Assembly (NCBI RefSeq): GCF_001457615.1
Contig: NZ_LN831024.1
Coordinates: 5,940,001-5,972,000, forward strand
Source of the DNA: Pseudomonas aeruginosa
Lineage (GTDB): Bacteria > Pseudomonadota > Gammaproteobacteria > Pseudomonadales > Pseudomonadaceae
DNA length: 32,000 bases
Reading direction: 5' to 3'
Shown: in pieces, positions 1 to 10,832 of the stretch
Numbering within the stretch: the stretch's first letter is position 1
How the letters are laid out: each line of letters begins with the position of its first letter
Program-made: the position numbers and the translations under genes
The notes under the pieces: generated by a model
What the model was told of the DNA's origin: nothing
The model's database searches: none
Seen by the model: only the letters and a program-made list of their open reading frames with translations

Positions 1-539
1 TTGCGCGACAGCGGGTCGACGCCGGTGGTCGGCTCGTCGAGGATCAGCAGGTCGGGATCGTGGATCAGCGCGCAGCACAGCCCGAGCTTCTGCTTCATGC
101 CGCCGGACAGCTTGCCCGCAGGACGCTCGGCGAACGGCGCCAATCCGGTGCTTTGCAGCAGATCGGCGATGCGCCGCTCGCGCTCGGCCTTGTCGTGGCC
201 GAACAGCCGACCGAAGAAGTCGACGTTCTCGAACACCGAGAGCGTCGGGTAGAGGTTCTTGCCCAGCCCCTGGGGCATGTAGGCGATGCGCGGGCAGACC
301 GCCCGGCGGTGGCGGCGGTCGCGCATGTCGCCATCGAGCACGCGGATCTCGCCATCCTGCATCTTCCGTGCGCCGGCCAGCAGCGCCAGCAGGCTGGACT
401 TGCCGACCCCGTCCGGACCGATCAGGCCGACCATGCGGTTGGCCGGGATCTCCAGGCTGACGTCGTCCACCGCGCGCGTCTCGCCGTAGCGCAGCGAAAC
501 GCCCCGGAGGCTCGCCACGCCGCTCCCGCCAGCGGTCAT
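1..539 (-). CDS. ABC transporter ATP-binding protein, N-terminal part; runs off the left edge of the window (multidrug/RbbA-like exporter)
   Basis: Reverse-strand translation from ATG at 539 gives [56 protein letters not shown]...[37 protein letters not shown]. It has Walker A (GPDGVGKS), a signature motif (LSGGMKQ) and Walker B (LLILDEP). Overlaps the stop of the upstream HlyD gene (ATGA). Confidence 0.93.
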   Translation of the reverse strand, partial: MTAGGSGVASLRGVSLRYGETRAVDDVSLEIPANRMVGLIGPDGVGKSSLLALLAGARKMQDGEIRVLDGDMRDRRHRRAVCPRIAYMPQGLGKNLYPTLSVFENVDFFGRLFGHDKAERERRIADLLQSTGLAPFAERPAGKLSGGMKQKLGLCCALIHDPDLLILDEPTTGVDPLSR

Positions 540-1609
540 TGCGGAACCTTGATCTGCAGGTTGGCCGGCCACTCGACCTCAGGGTCCAGTCGCAGGTAGG
601 CCATTCCGGGCACGCCGGTCTTGACGTAGGTGATGTATTTTTCCAGCAGCGCCGGATCGAGCCGCGCCTTGACCCGGAACATCAGCTTCTCCCGCTCGTT
701 GGCGGTTTCCACCGTTTTCGGGGTGAACTGGGCGACGCTGGCGACATAGGAAACCTTGGCCGGGATCACGTAGTCCGGCACCGCGTCGATCACCAAGCGC
801 ACTTCCTGGCCCAGTCCGACCCTACCGGCCTGCATGGATGGCAGGAAGAAAGTCATGTAGACGTCGGCCAGGTCGACCATGTTGAGGAGCTTGCCACCGG
901 CCGGCAGCACTTCCCCCGGCTGTGCCACGCGGTACTGCACGCGGCCGTTGCGCGGCGCCTTGAGCAGGCTGTCGTCGATATCCGCCTGGAGCCGGGCGAC
1001 GCTGGCCTTGGCCGCCTCGATGGCCGACTGCGCCTCGATTACCTGGGAACGCCCGGCCTCGATCGCCGCCTGCGCCGAAATCACTTGCGAGCGTGCCGCG
1101 GACAACGCCGCCTGGGCGCTCTGCAGGGTCGCCCGATCGTCATCGAGTTGCTGTTGCGGCAGGGCATTGCGCTTGACCAGCGCCTCGGTACGGGTGAAGC
1201 GCTTCTGCGCCGCTGTCAGCTCGGCCTGGCGCTGCGCCACCACGGCCTGGGCAGTGCTCTTCTCGCTCTCGCGCTGGGCCACCAGCGAGGTCGCGGTGAG
1301 CTTGGCGTTCTCCGCCTGGCGCACCTGGGCCTGGGCCTGGGCCAACTGCGCCTCGAGCACCTGGGTATCCATCCGCGCGACGATTTCGCCGGCCTTGACG
1401 AAGTCGCCCTCGTCGACCTTGATCTCGGCGACCCGCCCGGGAAGCTTGGCCGCCACGTCCACCTCGGTGGCCTCGATGCGTCCGTTGCCGCTGGCGAATC
1501 CCTCGCCCAGGCCAGTCGGTCGCGATACCTGCCAGACCAGCACGCCTACGCCGAGCAGCGCCGCCACGATCAAGGCACGGCTCAGCCACCGTTTGCTTTC
1601 CTGTTTCAT
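536..1609 (-). CDS. HlyD-family secretion/membrane fusion protein
   Basis: [31 protein letters not shown]...[42 protein letters not shown], then a long coiled coil and a barrel-like C-terminal region. N-terminal TM anchor. RBS-like GAGGAGAAGGG just upstream of the 1609 start. Translationally overlaps the ABC ATPase. Confidence 0.92.
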   Translation of the reverse strand: MKQESKRWLSRALIVAALLGVGVLVWQVSRPTGLGEGFASGNGRIEATEVDVAAKLPGRVAEIKVDEGDFVKAGEIVARMDTQVLEAQLAQAQAQVRQAENAKLTATSLVAQRESEKSTAQAVVAQRQAELTAAQKRFTRTEALVKRNALPQQQLDDDRATLQSAQAALSAARSQVISAQAAIEAGRSQVIEAQSAIEAAKASVARLQADIDDSLLKAPRNGRVQYRVAQPGEVLPAGGKLLNMVDLADVYMTFFLPSMQAGRVGLGQEVRLVIDAVPDYVIPAKVSYVASVAQFTPKTVETANEREKLMFRVKARLDPALLEKYITYVKTGVPGMAYLRLDPEVEWPANLQIKVPQ

Positions 1610-1815
1610 CCCTTCTCCTCGCACGTCCGGCCAGGCCGCGGCGATGGCGCTCACGCTGGAAAGCGCGGCCGCCGCGGACTTCACTGGCTCGATTGTCCCT
1701 CCAGGGCGGCGCGCGGGTGTTGATGCACGTCAGACGCGCCCGACCGAATCTCACAGGAAAGCAGAATCGCCGGTGCCTCGCATCCGGGAGCGCGGGACAG
1801 AACGGATAGTTGACC

Positions 1816-2235
1816 TCAGGGCTGGACGATGAGGTTGTTGAACAGCAGGTCGGTCACCAGCGGCTTGCCCTCTTCCTGCTCGAGGGTCTGCTGGACCTGC
1901 TTCAGCGCCTCCTGGCGCAGGCTTTCCTTGGCCTCGACCGTACCCAGGCTCTGGTCGGTCTGCTGGGCGAACAGCATGATCAACTGGTTGCGGATCAAGG
2001 GCTCGTGATGCTCGACCTTGGTCGCCGCGTCCTTGTCGGCCACCTGCAGGGCGATGTCGGCCTTGTAGTACTGCAGGCGCGGCCCGCTGCCGTAGTTGCC
2101 GACCAGCGCCGGGGTCAGGTCGACGTAGACCGGCTTGTTCGCGCCCTCGCCTTCCGGCGCGGCCTCCTCGGCCGAGGCGAACGACGGGAACAGACTCAGG
2201 CACAGGGCCAGCGACAGGGCAATGGGGGTTCTCAC
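1816..2235 (-). CDS. FliL-family (flagellar basal body-associated FliL-like) exported protein
   Basis: GTG start at 2235 preceded by GAGGAG gives (M)RTPIALSLALCLSLFPSFASAEEAAPEG...KPVYVDLTPALVGNYGSGPRLQYYKADIALQVADKDAA...HHEPLIRNQLIMLFAQQTDQSL...VTDLLFNNLIVQP. Signal peptide followed by a FliL-like domain. An upstream ATG at 2268 is an alternative start. Confidence 0.8.
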   Translation of the reverse strand: MRTPIALSLALCLSLFPSFASAEEAAPEGEGANKPVYVDLTPALVGNYGSGPRLQYYKADIALQVADKDAATKVEHHEPLIRNQLIMLFAQQTDQSLGTVEAKESLRQEALKQVQQTLEQEEGKPLVTDLLFNNLIVQP

Positions 2236-2389
2236 GGGCGCATCTCCTCGACGAATGCCGGCAAGCATAGCCAGACTCTCGGCCGGGCCCAAGCCCGGGG
2301 TTTATGGACAACCATCAGTTGCGGCGATGCTGATTGACCCCCGGCGTCTCCCTCCTACACTGGCCGGACCGCAAACTGGAGCGTCCCCG

Positions 2390-3367
2390 ATGAAAGCCGT
2401 CCTCTGCAAAGCCTTCGGCCCGGCCAGCAGCCTGGTCCTGGAAGAAATCGCCAGCCCGAGCCCGGCGAAGAACGAAATCCTCCTCGATGTGCACGCCGCC
2501 GGGGTCAACTTCCCAGACACCCTGATCATCGAGGGCAAGTACCAGTTCAAGCCACCCTTCCCCTTCTCCCCGGGCGGCGAGGCGGCCGGGGTGGTCGCCG
2601 CGGTCGGTGAAAAGGTCGCCCACGTCAGGCCCGGCGACCGGGTCATGGCCCTGACCGGCTGGGGCAGCTTCGCCGAGCAGGTCAAGGTGCCCGGCTATAA
2701 CGTGATGCCGATTCCCGAAGGCATGGACTTCGCCAGCGCCGCCGCCTTCGGCATGACCTACGGCACCTCGATGCACGCCCTGAAACAGCGCGCCAACCTG
2801 CAACCCGGCGAGACCCTGCTGGTGCTCGGCGCTTCCGGCGGGGTCGGGCTGGCTGCCGTGGAAATCGGCAAGGCCATGGGCGCGCGGGTGATCGCTGCCG
2901 CCAGTACCCCCGACAAGCTCGCCGTGGCCAAGGCCGCCGGCGCCGACGAACTGATCAACTACAGCGAAGGTAGCCTGCGCGAGCAGCTCAAGGCCTTGAC
3001 CGGCGGCCAGGGCGTCGATGTGATCTACGATCCGGTGGGCGGCGAACTGTTCGAGGAGGCCTTCCGCAGCATCGCCTGGAACGGACGGATGCTGGTGGTC
3101 GGCTTCGCCAGCGGCAGCATCCCTTCGCTGCCGGCCAACCTGACCCTGCTCAAGGGCGCCTCGCTGGTCGGCGTGTTCTGGGGATCGTTCGCCCAACGCC
3201 AGCCGCAGGACAACGCTGACAACTTCCGCCAGCTGTTCGCCTGGCACGCCGAAGGCAAACTGAAGCCGCTGGTGTCGCAGCGCTTCCCGCTGGAACGGGC
3301 CGGCGACGCTATCGACGCCCTCGGCCAGCGCAGGGCGGTCGGCAAGGTGGTGGTGGAGGTTCGCTGA
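2390..3367 (+). CDS. Zinc-independent alcohol dehydrogenase/quinone oxidoreductase (MDR superfamily)
   Basis: MKAVLCKAFGPASSLVLEEIASPSPAKNEILLDVHAAGVNFPDTLIIEGKYQFKPPFPFSPGGEAAGVV...LLVLGASGGVGLAAVEIGKAMGARVIAAAST; Rossmann GASGGVG motif. Confidence 0.93.
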   Translation: MKAVLCKAFGPASSLVLEEIASPSPAKNEILLDVHAAGVNFPDTLIIEGKYQFKPPFPFSPGGEAAGVVAAVGEKVAHVRPGDRVMALTGWGSFAEQVKVPGYNVMPIPEGMDFASAAAFGMTYGTSMHALKQRANLQPGETLLVLGASGGVGLAAVEIGKAMGARVIAAASTPDKLAVAKAAGADELINYSEGSLREQLKALTGGQGVDVIYDPVGGELFEEAFRSIAWNGRMLVVGFASGSIPSLPANLTLLKGASLVGVFWGSFAQRQPQDNADNFRQLFAWHAEGKLKPLVSQRFPLERAGDAIDALGQRRAVGKVVVEVR

Positions 3368-3473
3368 GCCACGAAGGCGGCGAGTATTGCCTCCCGCCCG
3401 TGCGGAGAAAGGCATGGCGGGCCGGAGCGATACACCGGCCGAGGCCCACGCTGTCAGATGTTTTTCCCCTATG

Positions 3474-3503
3474 AAGGCCCCGGTTTCCGACCGGGGCTTT
3501 CTT
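3474..3503 (+). terminator. Probable intrinsic terminator of the oxidoreductase gene
   Basis: Stem GCCCCGGT / ACCGGGGC (3477-3484 / 3490-3497), loop TTCCG, followed by TTTCTTATTT. Confidence 0.78.
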
Positions 3504-3530
3504 ATTTCCGACCAATGCACTCAACCTGTA

Positions 3531-3564
3531 ACATTTTCGCTATTTTTTCATTTACGAAAAATGT
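3531..3564. promoter_or_regulatory. Candidate operator/promoter region of glpT with a GlpR-operator-like palindrome
   Basis: Imperfect inverted repeat ACATTTTCG (3531-3539) ... CGAAAAATGT (3555-3564). TTTTTTCATTTACGAAAAAT (3543-3562) matches about 15 of 20 positions of the E. coli GlpR consensus WATGTTCGWTWWCGAACATW as I recall it. Located about 55-85 bp upstream of the glpT start. Confidence 0.45.
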
Positions 3565-3616
3565 AGTGTTCGCAACCGCGTAAAAAGGCGCGACACAACA
3601 ACAAGCGGAGCTCGCG

Positions 3617-4966
3617 ATGTTCGGAATCTTTCGTCCCGCGCCACACCAGGCGCCACTGCCCGATGCCGAGGTGGACAGCACCTACCGGCGCCTGCGCTGG
3701 CAGATCTTCGCCGGTATCTTCATCGGCTACGCGGGTTACTACCTGCTGCGCAAGAACTTCTCCCTGGCCATGCCCTACCTCATCGAGGACGGCTACAGCC
3801 GCGGTCAACTGGGCGTCGCGATGTCGGCCATCGCCATCGCCTACGGCCTGTCGAAATTCATCATGGGCCTGGTCTCGGATCGTTCCAACCCACGGGTCTT
3901 CCTGCCGTTCGGCCTGTTGGTGTCGGCGGCGGTGATGTTCATTTTCGGATTCGCGCACTGGGCTACCTCCAGCGTCGCCATCATGTTCGTCCTGCTCTTC
4001 ATCAACGGCTGGGCCCAGGGCATGGGCTGGCCGCCGAGCGGACGGACCATGGTCCACTGGTGGTCGCAGAAGGAGCGCGGCAGCGTGGTCTCGGTGTGGA
4101 ACGTCGCCCACAACGTCGGCGGCGGCCTGATCGGCCCGCTGTTCCTGCTCGGCCTGGCGCTGTTCGGCGACTGGCGCTCGGCCTTCTACGTGCCGGCCAT
4201 CGTCGCCGTGGGCGTAGCCGTATTCGCCTATTTCGCCATGCGCGACACCCCGCAATCCTGCGGCCTGCCGCCGATCGAGAAGCACAAGGACGACTACCCC
4301 GAAGGCTACGACGAACACCACGAGCGCGAGCTGTCGACCAAGGAGATCTTCGTCACCTACGTGCTGCGCAACAAGCTGCTCTGGTACATCGCCCTGGCCA
4401 ACGTGTTCGTCTACCTGCTGCGCTACGGTGTGCTCGACTGGGCGCCGACCTACCTCAAGGAGGCCAAGCACTTCAACGTCGACAAGTCGTCCTGGGCGTA
4501 CTTCTTCTACGAATGGGCGGGGATTCCCGGTACCCTGCTCTGCGGCTGGCTGTCGGACAAGCTGTTCAAGGGCAATCGCGGCGCCACCGGCGTGGTGTTC
4601 ATGATCCTGGTGACCGTCGGCACCCTGATCTACTGGCTGAACCCGGCCGGCAACCCGGCGATCGACATGGCCGCGCTGATCATGATCGGCTTCCTGATCT
4701 ACGGCCCGGTGATGCTGATCGGCTTGCAGGCCCTGGAGCTCGCGCCGAAGAAAGCGGCCGGCACCGCCGCCGGCTTCACCGGTCTGTTCGGCTACCTCGG
4801 CGGTTCGGTGGCGGCCAACGCCCTGGTCGGCTACACGGTGGACCACTTCGGCTGGGACGGTGGCTTCAAGCTGCTGATCGGCGCCTGCCTGCTGGCCATC
4901 CTGTTCCTCTGCCTGACCCTGCGCAAACCCGCGGTCCAGGCCGCGCCGCAGCAAGCCGGCGGATGA
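3617..4966 (+). CDS. glpT: Glycerol-3-phosphate transporter (MFS, organophosphate:Pi antiporter)
   Basis: [66 protein letters not shown]...[22 protein letters not shown]; strongly characteristic of GlpT. Confidence 0.97.
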   Translation: MFGIFRPAPHQAPLPDAEVDSTYRRLRWQIFAGIFIGYAGYYLLRKNFSLAMPYLIEDGYSRGQLGVAMSAIAIAYGLSKFIMGLVSDRSNPRVFLPFGLLVSAAVMFIFGFAHWATSSVAIMFVLLFINGWAQGMGWPPSGRTMVHWWSQKERGSVVSVWNVAHNVGGGLIGPLFLLGLALFGDWRSAFYVPAIVAVGVAVFAYFAMRDTPQSCGLPPIEKHKDDYPEGYDEHHERELSTKEIFVTYVLRNKLLWYIALANVFVYLLRYGVLDWAPTYLKEAKHFNVDKSSWAYFFYEWAGIPGTLLCGWLSDKLFKGNRGATGVVFMILVTVGTLIYWLNPAGNPAIDMAALIMIGFLIYGPVMLIGLQALELAPKKAAGTAAGFTGLFGYLGGSVAANALVGYTVDHFGWDGGFKLLIGACLLAILFLCLTLRKPAVQAAPQQAGG

Positions 4967-4970
4967 CGCG

Positions 4971-4997
4971 GCGGCTCCGGCGCCAGGCCGGAGCCGC
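4971..4997. repeat. GC-rich hairpin between convergent genes (possible transcription-limiting structure)
   Basis: GCGGCTCCGG (4971-4980), 7-nt loop, CCGGAGCCGC (4988-4997). There is no clear U-tract on either side. Confidence 0.5.
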
Positions 4998-4999
4998 GT

Positions 5000-5968
5000 T
5001 CAGTCCCGCGGCGCGTAGGCGAACACGTCGGCGCGCATCTGGTGCGCGTCCATCCCTGCTTCGACCAGGGCATCCAGGGTCGCGTAGACCATCGCCGGCG
5101 AGCCGCTGGCATACACATGCAGGCTCGACAGGTCGGCGAAATCCTCGCGCACCGCCTCGTGCAGCAAGCCGCAACGCCCCTCCCAGCCACAGAGGTCGCT
5201 GACCACCCGGTGCAGGAACAGGTTCGGCAGGCCTTCCCACTCCGTCCAGTGCGGCAGACGGTAGAAATCCTCCGGACGCCGAACGCCCCAGTAGAGATGT
5301 ACAGGATGGGCGAAGCCGGCGGCGCGGCAGTGCTCGATCAGGCTGTGCATCTGCGACATGCCGGTTCCCGCGGCGATCAGCACCAGCGGACCGTCGGGCA
5401 GTTCCGCCAGGTGCGCGTCGCCGAACGGCAGCTGGATCCGTGCCAGGCGCTCGCGCTGCAATTGCGCGATCAGCGCGACGGCACTGTCTTCCTTGGCCAG
5501 GATGTGCAACTCAAGGTCGCGTCCCGCATGCGGCGCGGAGGCCAGGGAAAACGCCGCGCTGTCGCCGCCGTCACGCTCCAGCAACAGGTACTGCCCGGCG
5601 TGATAGCGTGGCGGCTTGCCGGCCGGCGCGCGCAGGCCGACCCGGTAGACGTCGCCGCCGACCTCTTCGCAGAAGCTCAACTGGCAGGTCAGCTTGCGCA
5701 GAGGCAGTTCACCCGGCGCCAGCACCCCGTCCCAATGCAGCACGCAGTCTTCCAGCGGCTCAGCGAGGCAGGTGAAGAGTTCGCCATGATCGCGTACCTC
5801 GCCGTTCTGGCGTACCCGCCCCTCCACCAGCAGCGCCGCGCAGATATGGCAGTTGCCATTGCGGCAGCTCTGCGGACAGTCGTAGCCAAGCCGCCGGGCG
5901 CCATCGAGGATGCGTTCCCCCGGCAGCAGCTCGAGGCAGGCGCCGGACGGTTGCAGGACGATACGCAT
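5000..5968 (-). CDS. 2Fe-2S ferredoxin/flavin-type NAD(P)H oxidoreductase (CDP-6-deoxy-delta-3,4-glucoseen reductase-like)
   Basis: [50 protein letters not shown]...FTCLAEP contains a plant-type 2Fe-2S cysteine pattern. The C-terminal part has FAD-binding RYHAGQYLLL and NAD-binding GPLVLIAAGTGMSQM. Start overlaps the ubiD stop by 1 nt. Confidence 0.92.
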   Translation of the reverse strand: MRIVLQPSGACLELLPGERILDGARRLGYDCPQSCRNGNCHICAALLVEGRVRQNGEVRDHGELFTCLAEPLEDCVLHWDGVLAPGELPLRKLTCQLSFCEEVGGDVYRVGLRAPAGKPPRYHAGQYLLLERDGGDSAAFSLASAPHAGRDLELHILAKEDSAVALIAQLQRERLARIQLPFGDAHLAELPDGPLVLIAAGTGMSQMHSLIEHCRAAGFAHPVHLYWGVRRPEDFYRLPHWTEWEGLPNLFLHRVVSDLCGWEGRCGLLHEAVREDFADLSSLHVYASGSPAMVYATLDALVEAGMDAHQMRADVFAYAPRD

Positions 5969-7434
5969 CAGTCGATCCCGAGGCTCGACCAGAGCGCGTC
6001 GATGCGCCGTGTTACCGCTTCGTCCTTGACGATGGCGCGCCCCCATTCGCGGCTGGTCTCGCCCGGCCACTTGTGGGTGGCATCAAGCCCCATCTTCGAG
6101 CCGAGGCCGGAGACCGGCGAGGCGAAGTCGAGGTAGTCGATGGGCGTGTTGTCGATCATCACCGTGTCGCGCTTGGGGTCCATCCGCGTGGTGATGGCCC
6201 AGATCACATCGTTCCAGTCGCGCGCATCGATGTCATCGTCGGTGACGATGACGAACTTGGTGTACATGAACTGCCGCAGGAACGACCAGACCCCGAGCAT
6301 CACGCGCTTGGCGTGCCCTGGGTACTGCTTCTTCATGGTCACCACCGCCATCCGGTAGGAACAACCTTCCGGCGGCAGGTAGAAATCGACGATTTCCGGG
6401 AACTGCTTCTGCAGGATCGGCACGAACACTTCGTTCAGCGCCACCCCGAGGATCGCCGGCTCGTCCGGCGGACGCCCGGTGTAGGTGCTGTGGTAGATCG
6501 GTTTCTGCCGGCGGGTGACGCGCTCGACGGTGAACACCGGGAAGCGATCGACCTCGTTGTAGTAGCCGGTGTGATCGCCATAGGGACCTTCGTCGGCCAT
6601 CTCGCCGGGGTGGATCACCCCTTCGAGGACGATCTCGGCGCTGGCCGGCACCTGCAAGTCGCTCCCGCGACACTTGACCAGCTCGGTACGATGCCCGCGC
6701 AACAGGCCGGCGAAAGCGTATTCGGAAAGGGTGTCCGGCACCGGCGTCACCGCACCGAGGATGGTCGCCGGATCGGCGCCCAGCGCCACGGCTACCGGAT
6801 AGGGCTGGCCCGGATGCTTCTGGCACCACTCGCGGTAGTCCAGTGCGCCGCCGCGATGGCTGAGCCAGCGCATGATCACCTTGTTGCGGCCGATCACCTG
6901 CTGGCGGTAGATGCCCAGGTTCTGCCGTTCCTTGTTCGGCCCGCGGGTAACGGTCAGGCCCCAGGTGATCAGCGGCCCGACATCGCCCGGCCAGCAGGTC
7001 TGGACCGGCAGCCGGCCGAGGTCGACGTCCTCGCCCTCCTCGACCACTTCCTGGCAGGGGGCGTCCTTGAGCACCTTCGGCGCCATGGACAAGACCTTCC
7101 TGTACATCGGCAGCTTGGCCCAGGCGTCCTTGAGGCCCTTCGGCGGCTCGGGCTCCTTGAGTTGCGCCAGCAGCTTGCCGATCTCGCGCAGTGCGCCGAC
7201 GTCCTCGGCGCCCATGCCCAGCGCCACGCGCTCCGGCGTACCGAACAGGTTGCCGAGCACCGGCATGTCGAAGCCGGTCGGCTTTTCGAACAGCAATGCC
7301 GGGCCCTTGGCGCGCAACGTGCGGTCGCACACCTCGGTCATCTCGAGCACGGGGGAAATCGGCACCTGGATGCGCTTCAACGCACCGCGCTGCTCCAGCT
7401 GGGCGATGAAATCGCGGAGATCCTTGAACGTCAT
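5968..7434 (-). CDS. ubiD: 3-octaprenyl-4-hydroxybenzoate decarboxylase (UbiD)
   Basis: [75 protein letters not shown]...[12 protein letters not shown]; canonical UbiD (488 aa). Confidence 0.97.
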   Translation of the reverse strand: MTFKDLRDFIAQLEQRGALKRIQVPISPVLEMTEVCDRTLRAKGPALLFEKPTGFDMPVLGNLFGTPERVALGMGAEDVGALREIGKLLAQLKEPEPPKGLKDAWAKLPMYRKVLSMAPKVLKDAPCQEVVEEGEDVDLGRLPVQTCWPGDVGPLITWGLTVTRGPNKERQNLGIYRQQVIGRNKVIMRWLSHRGGALDYREWCQKHPGQPYPVAVALGADPATILGAVTPVPDTLSEYAFAGLLRGHRTELVKCRGSDLQVPASAEIVLEGVIHPGEMADEGPYGDHTGYYNEVDRFPVFTVERVTRRQKPIYHSTYTGRPPDEPAILGVALNEVFVPILQKQFPEIVDFYLPPEGCSYRMAVVTMKKQYPGHAKRVMLGVWSFLRQFMYTKFVIVTDDDIDARDWNDVIWAITTRMDPKRDTVMIDNTPIDYLDFASPVSGLGSKMGLDATHKWPGETSREWGRAIVKDEAVTRRIDALWSSLGID

Positions 7435-7512
7435 TGGCCTAACCATTCACTGCAAGACCCCACATCCTACCTGCTCCCGGCCCATCCGGCAGCAGGCAAA
7501 CGCGGCATTCGG

Positions 7513-9501
7513 TCACTGCTGGCTGGCGATCCTCGAGTCGTCGAGGCTCTGTAGCATCGGCTCGAACAAAGGCCCGAGTTCATGGGCCCCCTGGGTCGAA
7601 AGGTGGTTGTTATCCATGTACAGCGACCAGCCATCACGTTCGGCGAAACAATCCAGGCCATCGCAGAGCACGCTGGAGGGGTCGAGCACGCTCACCCGCG
7701 GGTTGCCTTCGGCCAACGCATCGAACAGCGCATTCACGTAGGCGACGCGCGCAGCGTGCTCAGCGAAGGGAAAACGTGCGCGCCCGACATCCTCCCCGCT
7801 CAGACTCAGCCGCACCAGCCGCGCCGGTGCCTTGAATGGCAGCAGCGGTACGTCCTTGACCAGCCAGACATGTACGTCGGCCGCGTTCAGCCTTTCGATC
7901 ATCCCGCTCAGGCGTTGCCGCAGCAGCGCCTCGGCGATCGAGCTGTCCGGCGTGTCGTCCGGCTCGCGGAGAATGTTGCGGGTACCGTCCTGCGAGTCGC
8001 CGTATATATACATGTCCCAGCGCCCGGCGAGGATCACCCCGCCCGGCCGCTGCTGTTCGACGAACTCGAGCATCTGCTGGTTGAAACGCAGGCAAGTGTC
8101 CTTTTCCAACATCCCCAGCAACGGCGGACAGCCCGCCAGCGAAGCCTGCCAGATCGGCAGTCGGCGACTGGTAGCCTGTTCGCGCAGCAGCGGGCTCAAC
8201 GCCGCGGAATGGCTGTCGCCCCAACTGACCAGCAGCGGTCGTTCGGCAGCCAGTTCCGCCGGGAAGCGGCAGATGCTTTCCTGACTGAGCGCCTTCTTGT
8301 CGAACATGCAGTCGGTCTGCCCATCGCGCCATTTGGACGCCTTGGCATAACGCAAGGCTTCCTCGGAAAGACGCGACGGCACGCCGTCGTAATGCCGCAC
8401 CAACTGGCCAACGACTCCCAGCAGCAGCAAGCTGCACAGCGCCGCGCCAAGCATCTGCCGGCGCCCGGCGAACAGCTTGCGCTCGCGGAACGGTGCCTCG
8501 ACGCAGTACAGCGACAGTGCCGCCAGGCCGATGCTCGCCGCCAGCAACCCCAGGCGTGCCGGCAGGCCCAGGGTTTCCAGTGCGTGGTACTGGACGAAGA
8601 CGTACAGCGGCCAGTGCCAGAGGTACAGCGAATAGGAGATCAGACCGAACCAGACCAGCGGTTGCCAGCCCAGCAGGCGGCGAGCCCAGGTGTCGCCGGC
8701 GCCGTTGGCCCAGATCAGCAGGGCGGTGCCAAGCACCGCCGGCAGCGCCGCGAGGCCGGGGAAAGGAGTGTCGCTGTCGTAGAAGAACACCGGCAGGAGA
8801 ATCGCCGCTATGCCGAGGGTGGCCGCCAGTTGCAGGGACCATTGCGAATGACCGCGGCTAGCGCCCGGCAGCAACGCCAGCGCGGCACCCGCCAGGAGTT
8901 CCCAGGCGCGCATCGGCAGGAGGAAGAATGCACTGCCAGGTCGCTGGCTCACCGCCCAGACGCTGGCCGCCAGCGATAGCGCCAGGACCGCGAGGAGGAT
9001 GGCGAGCCGCCAGCGCAGCAGGCGCCCGGAGATCGCGGCCAGCAGTAGCGGGAAGAGAATGTAGAACTGCTCTTCCACCGACAACGACCAGGTATGCAAT
9101 AGCGGCTTGAATTCGGACGCGGCGTCGAAATAGCCATCCTGCTTCCAGAACAGGATGTTCGAGGCGAACATCGTCTGGTAACGCACCGCACGACCCAGTT
9201 GCTCGTAGTCCCGCGGCTCCATCAGGAACCAGCCGGCCGCCAGGCTGACGGCCATCATAACGAACAAAGCGGGGAGGATGCGTCGCGCCCGGCGAGCCCA
9301 GAAATCGACGAAGCTGAAACGCCCGGCCTGCCGATCGCGCCGGATGATCGAAGTGATCAGGTAGCCGGAAATCACCAGAAAGACATCGACGCCGACATAC
9401 CCGCCGGTGAAACCGCCCAAGCCCAAGTGATAGAACACCACCGGCAAGATGGCCAGTGCGCGCAATCCATCGATATCTCTTCGATAAGGCAGGCTCGACA
9501 T
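7513..9501 (-). CDS. OafA/YrhL-like membrane acyltransferase with C-terminal SGNH domain (O-antigen/surface polysaccharide acetylase type)
   Basis: MSSLPYRRDIDGLRALAILPVVFYHLGLGGFTGGYVGVDVFLVISGYLITSII is an acyltransferase-3 N-terminus with multiple TMs. Late SGNH signatures are LVSWGDSHSAALSP and the DNNHLS block. RBS GGAGA 7-8 nt upstream. Confidence 0.94.
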   Translation of the reverse strand: MSSLPYRRDIDGLRALAILPVVFYHLGLGGFTGGYVGVDVFLVISGYLITSIIRRDRQAGRFSFVDFWARRARRILPALFVMMAVSLAAGWFLMEPRDYEQLGRAVRYQTMFASNILFWKQDGYFDAASEFKPLLHTWSLSVEEQFYILFPLLLAAISGRLLRWRLAILLAVLALSLAASVWAVSQRPGSAFFLLPMRAWELLAGAALALLPGASRGHSQWSLQLAATLGIAAILLPVFFYDSDTPFPGLAALPAVLGTALLIWANGAGDTWARRLLGWQPLVWFGLISYSLYLWHWPLYVFVQYHALETLGLPARLGLLAASIGLAALSLYCVEAPFRERKLFAGRRQMLGAALCSLLLLGVVGQLVRHYDGVPSRLSEEALRYAKASKWRDGQTDCMFDKKALSQESICRFPAELAAERPLLVSWGDSHSAALSPLLREQATSRRLPIWQASLAGCPPLLGMLEKDTCLRFNQQMLEFVEQQRPGGVILAGRWDMYIYGDSQDGTRNILREPDDTPDSSIAEALLRQRLSGMIERLNAADVHVWLVKDVPLLPFKAPARLVRLSLSGEDVGRARFPFAEHAARVAYVNALFDALAEGNPRVSVLDPSSVLCDGLDCFAERDGWSLYMDNNHLSTQGAHELGPLFEPMLQSLDDSRIASQQ

Positions 9502-9520
9502 CTATTTTTCTCCAGGCATG

Positions 9521-9551
9521 AAAAAAGGCGCTCCGGTCAAACCGGAGCGCC
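9521..9551 (-). terminator. Strong intrinsic terminator downstream of rho
   Basis: Perfect 11-bp stem GGCGCTCCGGT / ACCGGAGCGCC (9527-9537 / 9541-9551), 3-nt loop, then A6 (9521-9526), i.e. U6 on the minus-strand transcript. Confidence 0.93.
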
Positions 9552-9572
9552 TTCTTCAATTTCCCTGGAAGA

Positions 9573-10832
<1,260 letters not shown>

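Noticed and set aside
6073-7554. 493-aa plus-strand ORF opposite ubiD, and the similar 7582..8979, 9669..10994 and 19057..20448 ORFs
   Set aside because: His/Arg/Gln/Gly-rich antisense translations of conserved genes, explained by codon usage at high GC. Ribosome profiling would be needed to overturn this.
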